DNA of 64,000 nt from Pseudomonadota bacterium (lineage in GTDB: Bacteria; Desulfobacterota; Desulfovibrionia; Desulfovibrionales; Desulfovibrionaceae): assembly GCA_018817515.1 (NCBI GenBank), contig JAHIUD010000044.1, positions 7,031-71,030 on the forward strand, in the 5' to 3' direction. The position numbers were made by a program, and so were the translations under genes. Shown in pieces: positions 52,686 through 61,690 of the stretch. Within the stretch, counting starts at the first letter, position 1. Each line of letters begins with the position of its first letter. The notes below the pieces were generated by a model. The model saw nothing but the letters and a program-made list of their open reading frames with translations, did not search any database and was not told where the DNA came from.

Positions 52686-54291
52686 TTTTCTCGGGTTCCT
52701 TGGGCGCGGGGGCATGCTCTCGCACCACCGGCAGGGCGTTGTACACGGACCAGAATCTCGGCCACAGGAAGGCCAGGCCGCCGGGGTTGTCGATGGCGAT
52801 GCCCGGCCGCAGGAAGGAGAACAGGGCCAGTGCCAGGGTGGTGTGCGGGTCGGGGCTGGTCCAGACGCCGTCCCAGCCCTGCAGAACTCCGGCCTGCACC
52901 ACCAGGACGTCGCCCTGGACCTCGTGGTCCACGGCCAGGCGCTCCAGCAGGTCCACGGCGCGGGCGCGGGCGGACACATCCAGCGGCAGCATCACGCGCG
53001 CGCCGCCGGACTTCACGGCCAGGGTCAAGGCCAGGGGCAGGTATTCAGGCTGTCTGCCCATGAACAGGTCGACGCCTGCTTTCAGCGTGTCGTTGCGTGA
53101 CTCGGCCACGGCCACCTCGATGTTCAGCGGCAGGCCCAGGGCCTCGAAGTCGTCCCGCACGAACTGCGGCAGTTCCAGTCTGCCCGCAAGGCGCGTCACG
53201 CCGCCTGCCAGCGCGGGCAGCGCCAGCAGATAGGCCGAGAGGGTGGGGTCCAGAGGCAGCACCGGGGCGGCCGGGACCTTCGGGCTGCACGAAGGGATGA
53301 TGTACTCGTTGCCATGGCGGCGGGCGGAGACCTGGCAGAGGTTCAGAGCCTCCAGGGCCTCGTCCAGAGCCAGTGCCTGGCCTGCGGCGGCGATGGGCTC
53401 GGCGCAGAGCGCCAGGCGCAGCCCCTCGGGGTAGCTCCAGGCGGCCAGGGCCAGGGCCTGGGCGAACAGCGGCGGGGTCTCGGGCGTGAGCTCCAGGCGC
53501 GAAGCCATGCGTCCGCCGGACTCCAGTCTGGCGGGCAGGCCTCGGCTGCGCGGGTTCATGGGCGCCAGGCGCGCGCCCAGGTGCGGCAGCAGCGCGTCCA
53601 GGTGGCGCAGGTCCAGGAACTTGAGGTTCGGGCCGCCCGCGAACTTGGAGCGCCCGGCCTCGCGCAGGGCGAGCGCCAGCAGCACATAGAGCGTGAAGGG
53701 CTCCTCTCCGGCGAAGACGAGGACGTCCTCGAAGCGCAGGGGGGAGTCCTCGGCCTTGGCCTGGGTCGCGGAGCTGGTGAGCTCGTCGGTGGTCCAGGAC
53801 AGGTGCGCCCCGGCCTGGTTCAGGGCCTTGACCAGCTCCACCAGGGGGTCGTTTAAGACCACGCCGGACAGGCGCATGGGCGCGCCGGTGGCGGCGGCGA
53901 GCACGGCCAGCATGCGCGTGCGCGCCAGGGAACGCGGCCCCAGGATGTCGATGTCCGCAGGCTCGGAGCGCGGTATGAGGGCAAAGGGCTTGTCCGAGGA
54001 GCGCCGGGCTTCCTGGGGCTCAAGGCCGAAGGCGTTCAGCACCGGGAAGAGCTGGCGCGCAACGCGCGGGTCCAGGTCCTGCTGCTTGGCGGCCTGTTCG
54101 AAGCCCAGGCGAAGCTGTTTCTCCAGCTCGCGGTCCAGGACTTGGCGTCCCCTGGCCGCGCGTTGCACTATGCGGCAGCGCCGGGCCACCATGGACAGGA
54201 GCTTGGAGTCCAGGTCGAGAAGATCCTCAAGAGGGGAAAGCCTGGGCTTTGACTCGGCATTGCGGTCGAATTTGATGGGTCTGTCGGTCAT
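52648..54291 (-). CDS. chorismate-mutase-like N-domain fused to a divergent EPSP-synthase-fold (enolpyruvyl-transferase-like) domain
   Basis: The N-terminus resembles CM type II (LSPLEDLLDLDSKLLSMVARRCRIVQRAA). The remainder aligns block by block with AroA as recalled, but canonical motifs are altered (GPRSLARTR for GSKSxSNR, AGEEPFTL for GNAGTAMR, DVSAR for KETDR, DPHTTL for DHRMAM). Confidence 0.55.
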   Translation of the reverse strand: MTDRPIKFDRNAESKPRLSPLEDLLDLDSKLLSMVARRCRIVQRAARGRQVLDRELEKQLRLGFEQAAKQQDLDPRVARQLFPVLNAFGLEPQEARRSSDKPFALIPRSEPADIDILGPRSLARTRMLAVLAAATGAPMRLSGVVLNDPLVELVKALNQAGAHLSWTTDELTSSATQAKAEDSPLRFEDVLVFAGEEPFTLYVLLALALREAGRSKFAGGPNLKFLDLRHLDALLPHLGARLAPMNPRSRGLPARLESGGRMASRLELTPETPPLFAQALALAAWSYPEGLRLALCAEPIAAAGQALALDEALEALNLCQVSARRHGNEYIIPSCSPKVPAAPVLPLDPTLSAYLLALPALAGGVTRLAGRLELPQFVRDDFEALGLPLNIEVAVAESRNDTLKAGVDLFMGRQPEYLPLALTLAVKSGGARVMLPLDVSARARAVDLLERLAVDHEVQGDVLVVQAGVLQGWDGVWTSPDPHTTLALALFSFLRPGIAIDNPGGLAFLWPRFWSVYNALPVVREHAPAPKEPEKNVAKSRKQRVRV

Positions 54292-54486
54292 GGGGTCTCT
54301 TTTCTGGTGTGATGTTAAAAAAGTCTCTTAGCCGGAAATCCGCCGACCGGCAAGTGCGCGTGCAGGCCGCCACGGACCCTGCCGCCGGACGCCGAATAAT
54401 ATTCTGCGGTCAAGCCTTCTGCATCTGAAAATCCGCGCCCAGCATGGGATAGCGCCATGCGCCACGCATTTCGGCCATCTTCGAGC

Positions 54487-54516
54487 TTGATTTTATTCGC
54501 CGGAGTTCTGTATACT
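54487..54516 (+). promoter_or_regulatory. sigma-70-like promoter candidate (TTGATT-N18-TATACT) abutting the livG start
   Basis: Read directly. The -10 element ends 2 nt before ATG 54519 and 11 nt before ATG 54528. No SD precedes either ATG. Confidence 0.3.
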
Positions 54517-54518
54517 CT

Positions 54519-55283
54519 ATGGCACTTATGGCAATTTTGGAACTTTCCGACATCAGCGTGCGCTTCGGCGGATTGCAGGCGCTCACGGATGTCTCCTTTC
54601 GCGTGAGCGAGGGTGACATCGTGGGCCTCATCGGTCCCAATGGAGCAGGCAAGACTACGGTCTTTAACGTCATTACAGGCGTTTACCAGACCTCGTCCGG
54701 GCAGGTGAGCTACGACGGCAGGCCGCTTAGGGCCCTGCGGCCGCACAAGATCCTTGCGCTCGGCGTGGCCAGAACCTTTCAAAACATCCGGCTGTTCCAG
54801 AATATGACAGCTTTGGAAAATGTCATGGTGGCCCAGCACAGCCGCACCCGCGAGGGGGTGTTCGGAGCCATTCTGCGCACCCGCGCCCAGAAGCGTGAGG
54901 AAGAGCGCATCCGCGAAAAAGCCATGCAGGCCCTGGTGTTTATGGGCCTGGAGGATTTCGCCGACGAGGTGGCCTCGAACATGGCCTACGGCCTGCAACG
55001 CAGGCTGGAGATCGCCCGGGCCCTGGGCAGCGATCCGCAGACCCTGCTGCTGGACGAGCCCGCTGCGGGCCTGAACCCGGCCGAGAGCCTGGAGCTCATG
55101 AACACCATCGGACGCATCAGCGAACTCGGCGTCAGCATCCTCATGGTGGAGCACGACATGAAGGTCGTCATGGGCATCTGCCGCAGCATTGTCGTTTTGG
55201 ATCATGGTGTTATGATCGCCGAGGGCAAGCCTGAGGAGATTCAGCGCGACGCCCGGGTGATTGAGGCGTATTTAGGCCAGTAG
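54519..55283 (+). CDS. livG: branched-chain amino acid ABC transporter ATP-binding protein (LivG type)
   Basis: Walker A GPNGAGKTT, LivG-specific region TFQNIRLF, signature YGLQRRLEIARAL, and Walker B LLLDEPAAG. Confidence 0.9.
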   Translation: MALMAILELSDISVRFGGLQALTDVSFRVSEGDIVGLIGPNGAGKTTVFNVITGVYQTSSGQVSYDGRPLRALRPHKILALGVARTFQNIRLFQNMTALENVMVAQHSRTREGVFGAILRTRAQKREEERIREKAMQALVFMGLEDFADEVASNMAYGLQRRLEIARALGSDPQTLLLDEPAAGLNPAESLELMNTIGRISELGVSILMVEHDMKVVMGICRSIVVLDHGVMIAEGKPEEIQRDARVIEAYLGQ

Positions 55284-55310
55284 ATTAATCTAAACAGGGG
55301 GAAGATTGAG

Positions 55311-56477
55311 ATGAAACGCGCGTTGTATTTCCTGTCCTTGTTGCTGCTCGTTTCGTTCGTGGCCGTTGGCTGCGGCGGCGAGAAGAAGGAAGAGAAGAAA
55401 GCCGAGGCTCCCAAGGCCACGGGCATCAAGATCGGCAGCTTAAGCCCCCTGACCGGCCAGTACGCCGCTGACGGCAACGACATCAAGAACGGCGTCCTTG
55501 CCGCCATTGAGGTCATGAACCCCGAGATGGGCGCCCTGGGTCCCGTGACCCTGCAGGCTGAAGACACCAGCTGCGACCCGCGCCAGGCCGTGGCCGCCGC
55601 CAACAAGCTCATCAGCGAGAAGGTCACCGCCGTCATCGGCGCGTACTGCTCCAGCGCCACCATCCCGGCCGCAGAGCCGCTCATGGCCGCCAAGATCTTC
55701 ATGATCACTCCCGCCTCCACCAACGAGAAGGTCACCGAGAGCGGACACAAATACATGTACCGCACCTGCGGACGTGACGACGACCAGAGCAAGGCCGCCG
55801 TGAAGTTCACCCAGGAGTACCTGAAGGCCAAGACCATCTACCTCGTGGACGACAAGACCACCTACTCCCAGGGCCTGGCCGACAACGTCGAGAAGCTCGC
55901 CTCCGCCGCCGGCCTCAAGGTGCTGGGCCACGAGCACGTGAACCAGGGCGACAAGGACTTCTCCGCCGTGCTGACCAAGGTCAAGGCCGCCAAGCCCGAC
56001 GTCTTCTACGTCAGCCTGCAGAACTCCGCCGCCGCCGCCCCCATGCTCATCCAGATCGCCCGCATGGGCATCAAGACCAAGATCCTGGCCCAGGACGCCG
56101 TGTACCATCCGCAGCTGATGGAGCTGGCCAAGAAGGACGCCGAGGGCGTGTTCCTGACCTTTGGCTACACCGACAAGGAAACCGCTTCCTACAAGAAGTT
56201 TGCTGACGCCTACAAGAAGCTGGGCGAGCCCGGCGCCTACTCCGCCTATGCCTACGACTCCGCCGTCGCCTACCTGAAGGCCGTCAAGGCCGCTGGCAGC
56301 ACCGACCCCGAGAAGGTCAAGGCCGAGCTCATGAAGCTCGACTTCGCCGGCGCCTCCAAGCAGATCAAGTACAAGGAGAACGGCGATTCCGGCTCCAACT
56401 ACGTGATCCAGGTGGTCAAGGACGGCAAGTTCGACAACTTCTGGAACCCCGAGACCGGCCAGCTCTACAAGAAGTAG
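55311..56477 (+). CDS. livK: branched-chain amino acid ABC substrate-binding protein (LivK/LivJ family), lipoprotein-anchored
   Basis: Lipobox AVGC and Peripla_BP_6-like sequence (IKIGSLSPLTGQYAADG, VIGAYCSSATIPA). Confidence 0.9.
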   Translation: MKRALYFLSLLLLVSFVAVGCGGEKKEEKKAEAPKATGIKIGSLSPLTGQYAADGNDIKNGVLAAIEVMNPEMGALGPVTLQAEDTSCDPRQAVAAANKLISEKVTAVIGAYCSSATIPAAEPLMAAKIFMITPASTNEKVTESGHKYMYRTCGRDDDQSKAAVKFTQEYLKAKTIYLVDDKTTYSQGLADNVEKLASAAGLKVLGHEHVNQGDKDFSAVLTKVKAAKPDVFYVSLQNSAAAAPMLIQIARMGIKTKILAQDAVYHPQLMELAKKDAEGVFLTFGYTDKETASYKKFADAYKKLGEPGAYSAYAYDSAVAYLKAVKAAGSTDPEKVKAELMKLDFAGASKQIKYKENGDSGSNYVIQVVKDGKFDNFWNPETGQLYKK

Positions 56478-56504
56478 ATCGTCCAACACGCATCGAAAGC
56501 ACAG

Positions 56505-56534
56505 GCGGGGGCCTCTATGGCCCCCGCTTTTCAT
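56505..56534 (+). terminator. intra-operon hairpin with a short U-tract after the binding-protein gene (partial terminator)
   Basis: gcgggggcc-tctat-ggcccccgc followed by ttttcat, 15 nt before the livH start. Confidence 0.55.
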
Positions 56535-56548
56535 AAGGCGCACATCAC

Positions 56549-57451
56549 GTGGAAGTTTTTCTCCAGCAGCTGGTCAACGGAATCACCCTGGGCGGTGTTT
56601 ACGCCCTGGTGGCCCTTGGCTACACCATGGTCTACGGCATCATCCAGCTCATCAACTTCGCCCACGGCGAGATCTTCGCCGCTGGCGGCTACATGGGCGT
56701 CATCCTCATCAGTTGGATGGTGGCCCAGGGCTACCCGCCCTTTGTCTGCCTTGGCGTGGCCCTGGTGCTGGCCATGGGGTACTGCGCGCTTCTGGCCATG
56801 GCCGTGGAGAAGCTGGTCTACAAGCCGCTGCGTTCCTCCTCCCGACTATCCGTGCTGCTCTCGGCGCTCGGCATGTCCATATTTCTGCAAAACGGCCTCA
56901 TGCTCACCCAGGGCGTGTACGACCGCGCCTATCCCGGCGAGATGGTCCGGGGCGGCTTTGAGATCGGCGGGGCCATGGTGTCCTACATGCAGATCGTCAT
57001 CGTCGGCATCACGGTGGTGCTGCTCGTGGGCCTGAACACCCTGGTCTTCAAGACGCGCGTCGGCAAGGCCATGCGCGCCACGGCCCAGGACAAGACCATG
57101 AGCGCGCTGGTGGGCATCAACGCCAGCCGCATCATCAGCATGACCTTCGCCATCGGCGCGGCCCTGGCCTGCGCCGCGGGCATCATGGTCGGCATGTACT
57201 ACGGCAGCGTGCGCTACGACATGGGCTTCGTGCTCGGCGTGAAGGCCTTTTCGGCGGCGGTGCTGGGCGGCATCGGCAACATCACCGGAGCCATGCTCGG
57301 CGGGCTGATCATCGGCATGATCGAGGTCTTCGCCGCAGGCTACATCTCCAGCGAATACAAAGACGTGTTCGCCTTCATCATCCTCATCGGAGTGCTTTAT
57401 TTCATGCCCACAGGCATCATGGGAGAGAACGTTGACGATACCCGCGTCTAG
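56549..57451 (+). CDS. livH: branched-chain amino acid ABC permease LivH
   Basis: GTG start. FLQQLVNGITLGGVYALVALGYTMVYG and INFAHGE. Confidence 0.9.
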   Translation: MEVFLQQLVNGITLGGVYALVALGYTMVYGIIQLINFAHGEIFAAGGYMGVILISWMVAQGYPPFVCLGVALVLAMGYCALLAMAVEKLVYKPLRSSSRLSVLLSALGMSIFLQNGLMLTQGVYDRAYPGEMVRGGFEIGGAMVSYMQIVIVGITVVLLVGLNTLVFKTRVGKAMRATAQDKTMSALVGINASRIISMTFAIGAALACAAGIMVGMYYGSVRYDMGFVLGVKAFSAAVLGGIGNITGAMLGGLIIGMIEVFAAGYISSEYKDVFAFIILIGVLYFMPTGIMGENVDDTRV

Positions 57452-58646
57452 GAAGCTCTGGCTCGGCTACGCCGTGGCCATGCTCTGGCTCTATGTGCTC
57501 CTGTGGCCGCTTATCGGCATCAAGCCCGAGGGCCTGGAGTTCGCCACAAGCACCGAAATCTGGGCCAAGCTGGCGGTGGTTTCGGCCATCCTGCTGGCCC
57601 TGTGGCAGCTCAAGCAGCGCGGGGTCTTCGACTTCGTGTCCCGCCCGGCCCAGGCCGCTTCCCAGGTCTTCACCAAGGCCGCGGACCGCGTGCCCACCTG
57701 GATATGGCTGGTGTTCGTCCTTGCCGGCGCGCTGGTCTTCCCGTTTCTGACCGAGCGCTACGCCCACGACGTGGCCATCAGCGTGCTGGTGTACATCTGC
57801 CTGGGCCTGGGGCTCAATGTGGTCGTCGGCATGGCCGGGCTGCTCGACCTCGGCTACATCGCCTTCTATGGCGTGGGCGCCTACACGTACGCGCTCTTGT
57901 CCGTGCACTTCGGCCTGTCCTTCTGGCTCTGCCTCCCCCTGGCCGGTGCGTTCGCTGCGGTGGCCGGGTGCATCATCGGCTATCCCACGCTGCGCATGCG
58001 CGGCGACTACCTGGCCATCGTCACCCTGGGCTTCGGCGAGATCGTGCGCATCGTGCTGAACAACTGGATGAGCCTGACCAACGGCCCCAACGGCATCCTG
58101 GGCATCAAGGCCCCGGGCGTCTACTGGTGGCAGGACGGGAAGGTCGAGCATATCTGGCTCGGCAGCCTGGAGCAGTTGTACTACGTGATCCTGGGCTTGG
58201 CAGTGTGCACTGTGGTGGCCGTGTACCGCATCAACAATTCGCGCATCGGGCGCGCCTTTGAGGCCGTGCGCGAGGACCAGACCGCGGCCGAGCTCATGGG
58301 CGTGAACACGCTCGGCATCAAGCTTCTGGCCTACGCCATGGGCGCCATCTTCGGCGGACTGGCCGGGGCCTTTTTCGCCTCGCGCATGCGCTTCGTCAGC
58401 CCGGAGTCCTTCACCTTCATCGAGTCGGCCATGGTGCTGGCCATGGTGGTGCTGGGCGGCATGGGCTCCATCCCCGGCGTGATCCTGGGTGCGCTGGCGC
58501 TCATCGCCCTGCCCGAGATCTTCCGCGGCTTCGAGCTCTACCGCATGTTCGTCTTCGGCGGAGTCATGGCCATGATGATGCTCTTCCGGCCCAAGGGCCT
58601 GTGGCCCGCCAAGCGCATGGGTGTGCGCAGCGAGGAGAAGGACTAG
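57432..58646 (+). CDS. livM: branched-chain amino acid ABC permease LivM
   Basis: The TTG start at 57432 overlaps the livH end; the alternative ATG is at 57480. GLNVVVGMAGLLDLGYIAFYGVGAY and LRMRGDYLAIVTLGFGEI. Confidence 0.88.
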   Translation: MTIPASRKLWLGYAVAMLWLYVLLWPLIGIKPEGLEFATSTEIWAKLAVVSAILLALWQLKQRGVFDFVSRPAQAASQVFTKAADRVPTWIWLVFVLAGALVFPFLTERYAHDVAISVLVYICLGLGLNVVVGMAGLLDLGYIAFYGVGAYTYALLSVHFGLSFWLCLPLAGAFAAVAGCIIGYPTLRMRGDYLAIVTLGFGEIVRIVLNNWMSLTNGPNGILGIKAPGVYWWQDGKVEHIWLGSLEQLYYVILGLAVCTVVAVYRINNSRIGRAFEAVREDQTAAELMGVNTLGIKLLAYAMGAIFGGLAGAFFASRMRFVSPESFTFIESAMVLAMVVLGGMGSIPGVILGALALIALPEIFRGFELYRMFVFGGVMAMMMLFRPKGLWPAKRMGVRSEEKD

Positions 58647-58649
58647 GCC

Positions 58650-59372
58650 ATGACGCAGCAACCCATCCTCGAACTGAAGAACGTCTCGGCCGCCTATGGC
58701 CGTATCAAGGCCATCAAGGACATCTCGCTCAAGGTGTATCCCGGCGAGGTGGTCAGCATCATCGGCGCCAACGGGGCGGGCAAGTCCACCACGCTCATGA
58801 GCATCAGCTGCGTGCTGCCCATCACTGGCGGAGAGATCCTCTACGACGGCGTGCGCATCGACGGCACCGCACCCGACCTCCTGCCCGCGCGCGGGCTGTG
58901 CCAGGTGCCCGAGGGACGGCGCATCTTCCCGCGCCTGACGGTTGAGGAGAACCTGGACATGGGCGCCTTCTTCCGCAAGGACAAGGCGGGCATCCTGCAC
59001 GATATGAACCGCGTGTTCCAGCTCTTCCCCATCCTCCAGGAGCGCCGCAGGCAGCACGGCGGCACGCTCTCCGGCGGCGAGCAGCAGATGCTGGCCATGG
59101 GCCGCGCGCTCATGAGCCGCCCGCGCCTGCTTTTGCTCGACGAGCCGAGCCTGGGCCTGGCACCGCTCATCGTGCAGCAGATCTTCCGCATCATCCGCGA
59201 GATCAACGAGTCCGACGGCGTCACCGTGGTCCTGGTGGAGCAGAACGCCAATCTGGCTCTCCAGGCCTCCAACAGGGGCTACGTGCTGGAGACGGGCAAC
59301 GTCATCATGGAGGACGACGCCCAGGCCCTGCTCGCCAACCCGGACATCCGCAAGGCCTACTTGGGCGAATAG
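58650..59372 (+). CDS. livF: branched-chain amino acid ABC transporter ATP-binding protein LivF
   Basis: GANGAGKSTT, LSGGEQQMLAMGRAL and LLLDEPSLGLAP. Confidence 0.92.
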   Translation: MTQQPILELKNVSAAYGRIKAIKDISLKVYPGEVVSIIGANGAGKSTTLMSISCVLPITGGEILYDGVRIDGTAPDLLPARGLCQVPEGRRIFPRLTVEENLDMGAFFRKDKAGILHDMNRVFQLFPILQERRRQHGGTLSGGEQQMLAMGRALMSRPRLLLLDEPSLGLAPLIVQQIFRIIREINESDGVTVVLVEQNANLALQASNRGYVLETGNVIMEDDAQALLANPDIRKAYLGE

Positions 59373-59407
59373 CCCCGCGTATTCCACATGTCTGTTCAAA
59401 CAGGGCA

Positions 59408-59438
59408 AACCCCTGGAGCCCAAGCGGTTCCAGGGGTT
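59408..59438. terminator. hairpin between convergent livF and the kinase gene (likely bidirectional terminator)
   Basis: aacccctgg-N13-ccaggggtt. It is followed by atttcg on the plus strand and by tttgccctgtttg on the minus strand. Confidence 0.5.
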
Positions 59439-59549
59439 ATTTCGCGTGCTGGGCGCAATGCCCTGCATCCTGCAGGGCTATCACCACACCATGAAGGGGG
59501 GGCCTGATTCAAGCGGAGAGGGCGCGTGTCTCGGGTGGAGCGGTCCCGG

Positions 59550-60770
59550 CTACAGGGGCGGGGTGAGGCCCACGGCCTGGGCCACGGGCAGGCGCACAGT
59601 GACCCTGGTGCCCTGGCCCGGCTGGCTGTCCACAAGGATGTCGCCGCCCATGCCCTTGATTATGCCGTAGCTGACGGACAGGCCGAGGCCCGTGCCCTGG
59701 CCCACGTCCTTGGTGGAGAAGAAGGGCTCGAAGATGCGCGGCAGGTGCGCCGGGCTGATGCCGTGGCCGGTGTCCCTGATCTCGATGACGATCTCGCCAG
59801 CCTCGGCGCGGGTGGAGACGTCGAGGCGGCCGCCAAAGGTCATGGCGTCCAGGGCGTTGTCCAGGATGTTGCCCAGGGCGGTGCCCAGGTTTGCGCCCGG
59901 AAGGGCCACCTGGGGCAGGTTCAGGGCGCTCAGGGCAGGGGCGAGGTCAGGCGTCGCGGTGATCCGCGACTCGGCCATGCGGGGCGCCCGTTCGGCCAGC
60001 AGGTCCTGGAGCAGGGCGCTCAGATCGGACTCTGGAGCAGGAGAGCCGGGCTGCTGCGCGGCGGAGGTGTCGTTTACGCCGGTGTCGGACTTGTGGCATA
60101 GGCAGAGCAGCTTGGCCGTGAGTTGCTTCACGCGTAGGCCGTGCTCGTGGAGCTTGGCCGCGCTTTGGGCGAGTTCGGTAAGCGTGCCGGAGACGCCGTC
60201 CGCGTCTGCAGCGTGCGCGCCCCCTTGCTGATCGATCTGTTGCTCAGTCAGATGGTCGGCCAGGTCGGCCACAAGGTCGTCCATCCACCCGGCCAGGGAG
60301 ACCATGACGTTGACGGGGTTGTTGATCTCGTGGGCCACGCCCTCGGCCATCTGGCCCAGGGCGGCCATCTTCGCCGTCTCGGCCATGCGCAGGCCTTCCT
60401 GGCGCTCTATGCGGCGGTCCTGGGCGCGTGTGATGGCTTCCACCAGCCGTTCGATGGGCACGGGTTTGACGAGGTAGTCCGTGGCGCCGAGCTTCATGCC
60501 CGCCACTGCGGTGGCCAGATCGTTCTGGCCGGTGAGCATGAGGGCCTCGGCCTGGGGCCGCACGAGCTTGAGCTCGCGCAGCAGGGCGAGGCCGTTCATT
60601 CCCGGCAGGTTCACATCGAGGACGGCCACGTCGATATCAAATCCGGCGGCCAGACGCAGGGCCTCCTCGCCATCGTAGGCGGTTCGGACCTCGAAGCCCC
60701 GCGCCTGGAGCCGCTCGGCAAGAATATCGGCGAAGTCACGCTCGTCGTCGACGAGCAGGACAGCGTTCAT
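59550..60770 (-). CDS. response-regulator receiver fused to a histidine kinase (REC, HisKA, HATPase_c)
   Basis: REC (VLLVDDE, AVLDVNLPG, VKP). H-box GVAHEINNPVN, plus NILDNALDA, DTGHGI and GTGLGLSVSYG. Confidence 0.88.
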   Translation of the reverse strand: MNAVLLVDDERDFADILAERLQARGFEVRTAYDGEEALRLAAGFDIDVAVLDVNLPGMNGLALLRELKLVRPQAEALMLTGQNDLATAVAGMKLGATDYLVKPVPIERLVEAITRAQDRRIERQEGLRMAETAKMAALGQMAEGVAHEINNPVNVMVSLAGWMDDLVADLADHLTEQQIDQQGGAHAADADGVSGTLTELAQSAAKLHEHGLRVKQLTAKLLCLCHKSDTGVNDTSAAQQPGSPAPESDLSALLQDLLAERAPRMAESRITATPDLAPALSALNLPQVALPGANLGTALGNILDNALDAMTFGGRLDVSTRAEAGEIVIEIRDTGHGISPAHLPRIFEPFFSTKDVGQGTGLGLSVSYGIIKGMGGDILVDSQPGQGTRVTVRLPVAQAVGLTPPL

Positions 60771-60784
60771 GGCTGCCCCCCGGC

Positions 60785-61243
60785 TTACTTTTTGTCGCCC
60801 TCGTGGATGACCTGGTCGGCGTCGTCAAAGTCCCCAGCCTGGGCGAAGGTGGCGGCCACCATCATGTCTTCCATCTTCTGGCGGTAGGCGCCCTTGATGC
60901 TCTTGACCAGGCGGTCGATGTCCACAGGCTTCTTGTGGTACTCAAACGCGCCGAGCTGCATGCACAGCTCCTGGTCCTGCTCGCTTCCGTGGCCGGTCAG
61001 GATGATGACCTGGACGTGCGGGTGCGCCTTCTTGACATTGCGCAGCACTTCCACGCCGTCGATGCCGGGCATGCGCAGGTCGAGGACCATGACGTCGGGC
61101 GCCTCGTCCTTGACCATCTCAAGCGCCGTCTCGCCGTCGTGGGCCACATTGGAGCCCATGTCGCGCATCTTCATGCGCTCGGCCAGGGTGTTGATGAAAT
61201 TTTCCTCGTCGTCGACCAGCAGCAGCTTGATCTTCTTGCTCAC
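60785..61243 (-). CDS. stand-alone response regulator (REC) with a ~30-aa acidic C-terminal tail
   Basis: GTG start with AAGGAG. LLLVDDE, MVLDLRMPG and HKKP. Tail MEDMMVAATFAQAGDFDDADQVIHEGDKK. Confidence 0.88.
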   Translation of the reverse strand: MSKKIKLLLVDDEENFINTLAERMKMRDMGSNVAHDGETALEMVKDEAPDVMVLDLRMPGIDGVEVLRNVKKAHPHVQVIILTGHGSEQDQELCMQLGAFEYHKKPVDIDRLVKSIKGAYRQKMEDMMVAATFAQAGDFDDADQVIHEGDKK

Positions 61244-61282
61244 GGTGCACTCCTTGTTTCCGCGCGTCAGCGCGATTCCGGG

Positions 61283-61319
61283 GGCCGGGACGGGGCGTCA
61301 TGGTCTGACGGTCCCGGCC
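61283..61319 (-). terminator. strong hairpin between the small-protein gene and the next regulator gene (attenuator or processing site; no clear U-tract)
   Basis: ggccgggac-gggg-cgtca-tggtc-tgacg-gtcccggcc (plus-strand reading). Confidence 0.35.
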
Positions 61320-61340
61320 ACCCGGTGTTTGGCTCTCCGG

Positions 61341-61628
61341 CTAGGCTTCGGCCAGTCCGTAAGCTACGCGCACTCCCGAGAGTCCAACGGATTCCAGGAA
61401 TCCGCAAACCTTGGGCGTGGGCATGAGCCGTACGGGTCGAATCCCCAGCAAATCGCGGGCCTCGGCCTCGCAGCCGGCTTCGGCAAAGGCGACGGCGGCG
61501 AAAACGTCCGAAACGGACACCGACATCTCCTTCACCCCAGCCATCTGCATGGCTTCCTGCCTCTCCCCGGCGTCGGCAAAAGCCAGCGCCGCGAAGGTGT
61601 CCTCAAGTGACTTGAGCATCCCGAGCAT
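61341..61628 (-). CDS. small protein (95 aa) with two internal FAAxAFA[DE]AG repeats
   Basis: Start at MLGMLK with a strong RBS (AAGGAGG, 5-nt spacer). Repeats are LEDTFAALAFADAGERQEA and VSDVFAAVAFAEAGCEAEA. Confidence 0.55.
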   Translation of the reverse strand: MLGMLKSLEDTFAALAFADAGERQEAMQMAGVKEMSVSVSDVFAAVAFAEAGCEAEARDLLGIRPVRLMPTPKVCGFLESVGLSGVRVAYGLAEA

Positions 61629-61690
61629 AGTGACCTCCTTGGTGTCCGCAGAGGGCGTGCACTCCGCCTGCGTAACATGGTGATTCAAGC

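Noticed and set aside
54517-54535. Sigma-54-like string TGGCACTTATGGCAAT at the livG start
   Set aside because: The -12 element is GCAA rather than TTGC, and the string lies inside the first codons of the gene. It is probably a coincidental match.
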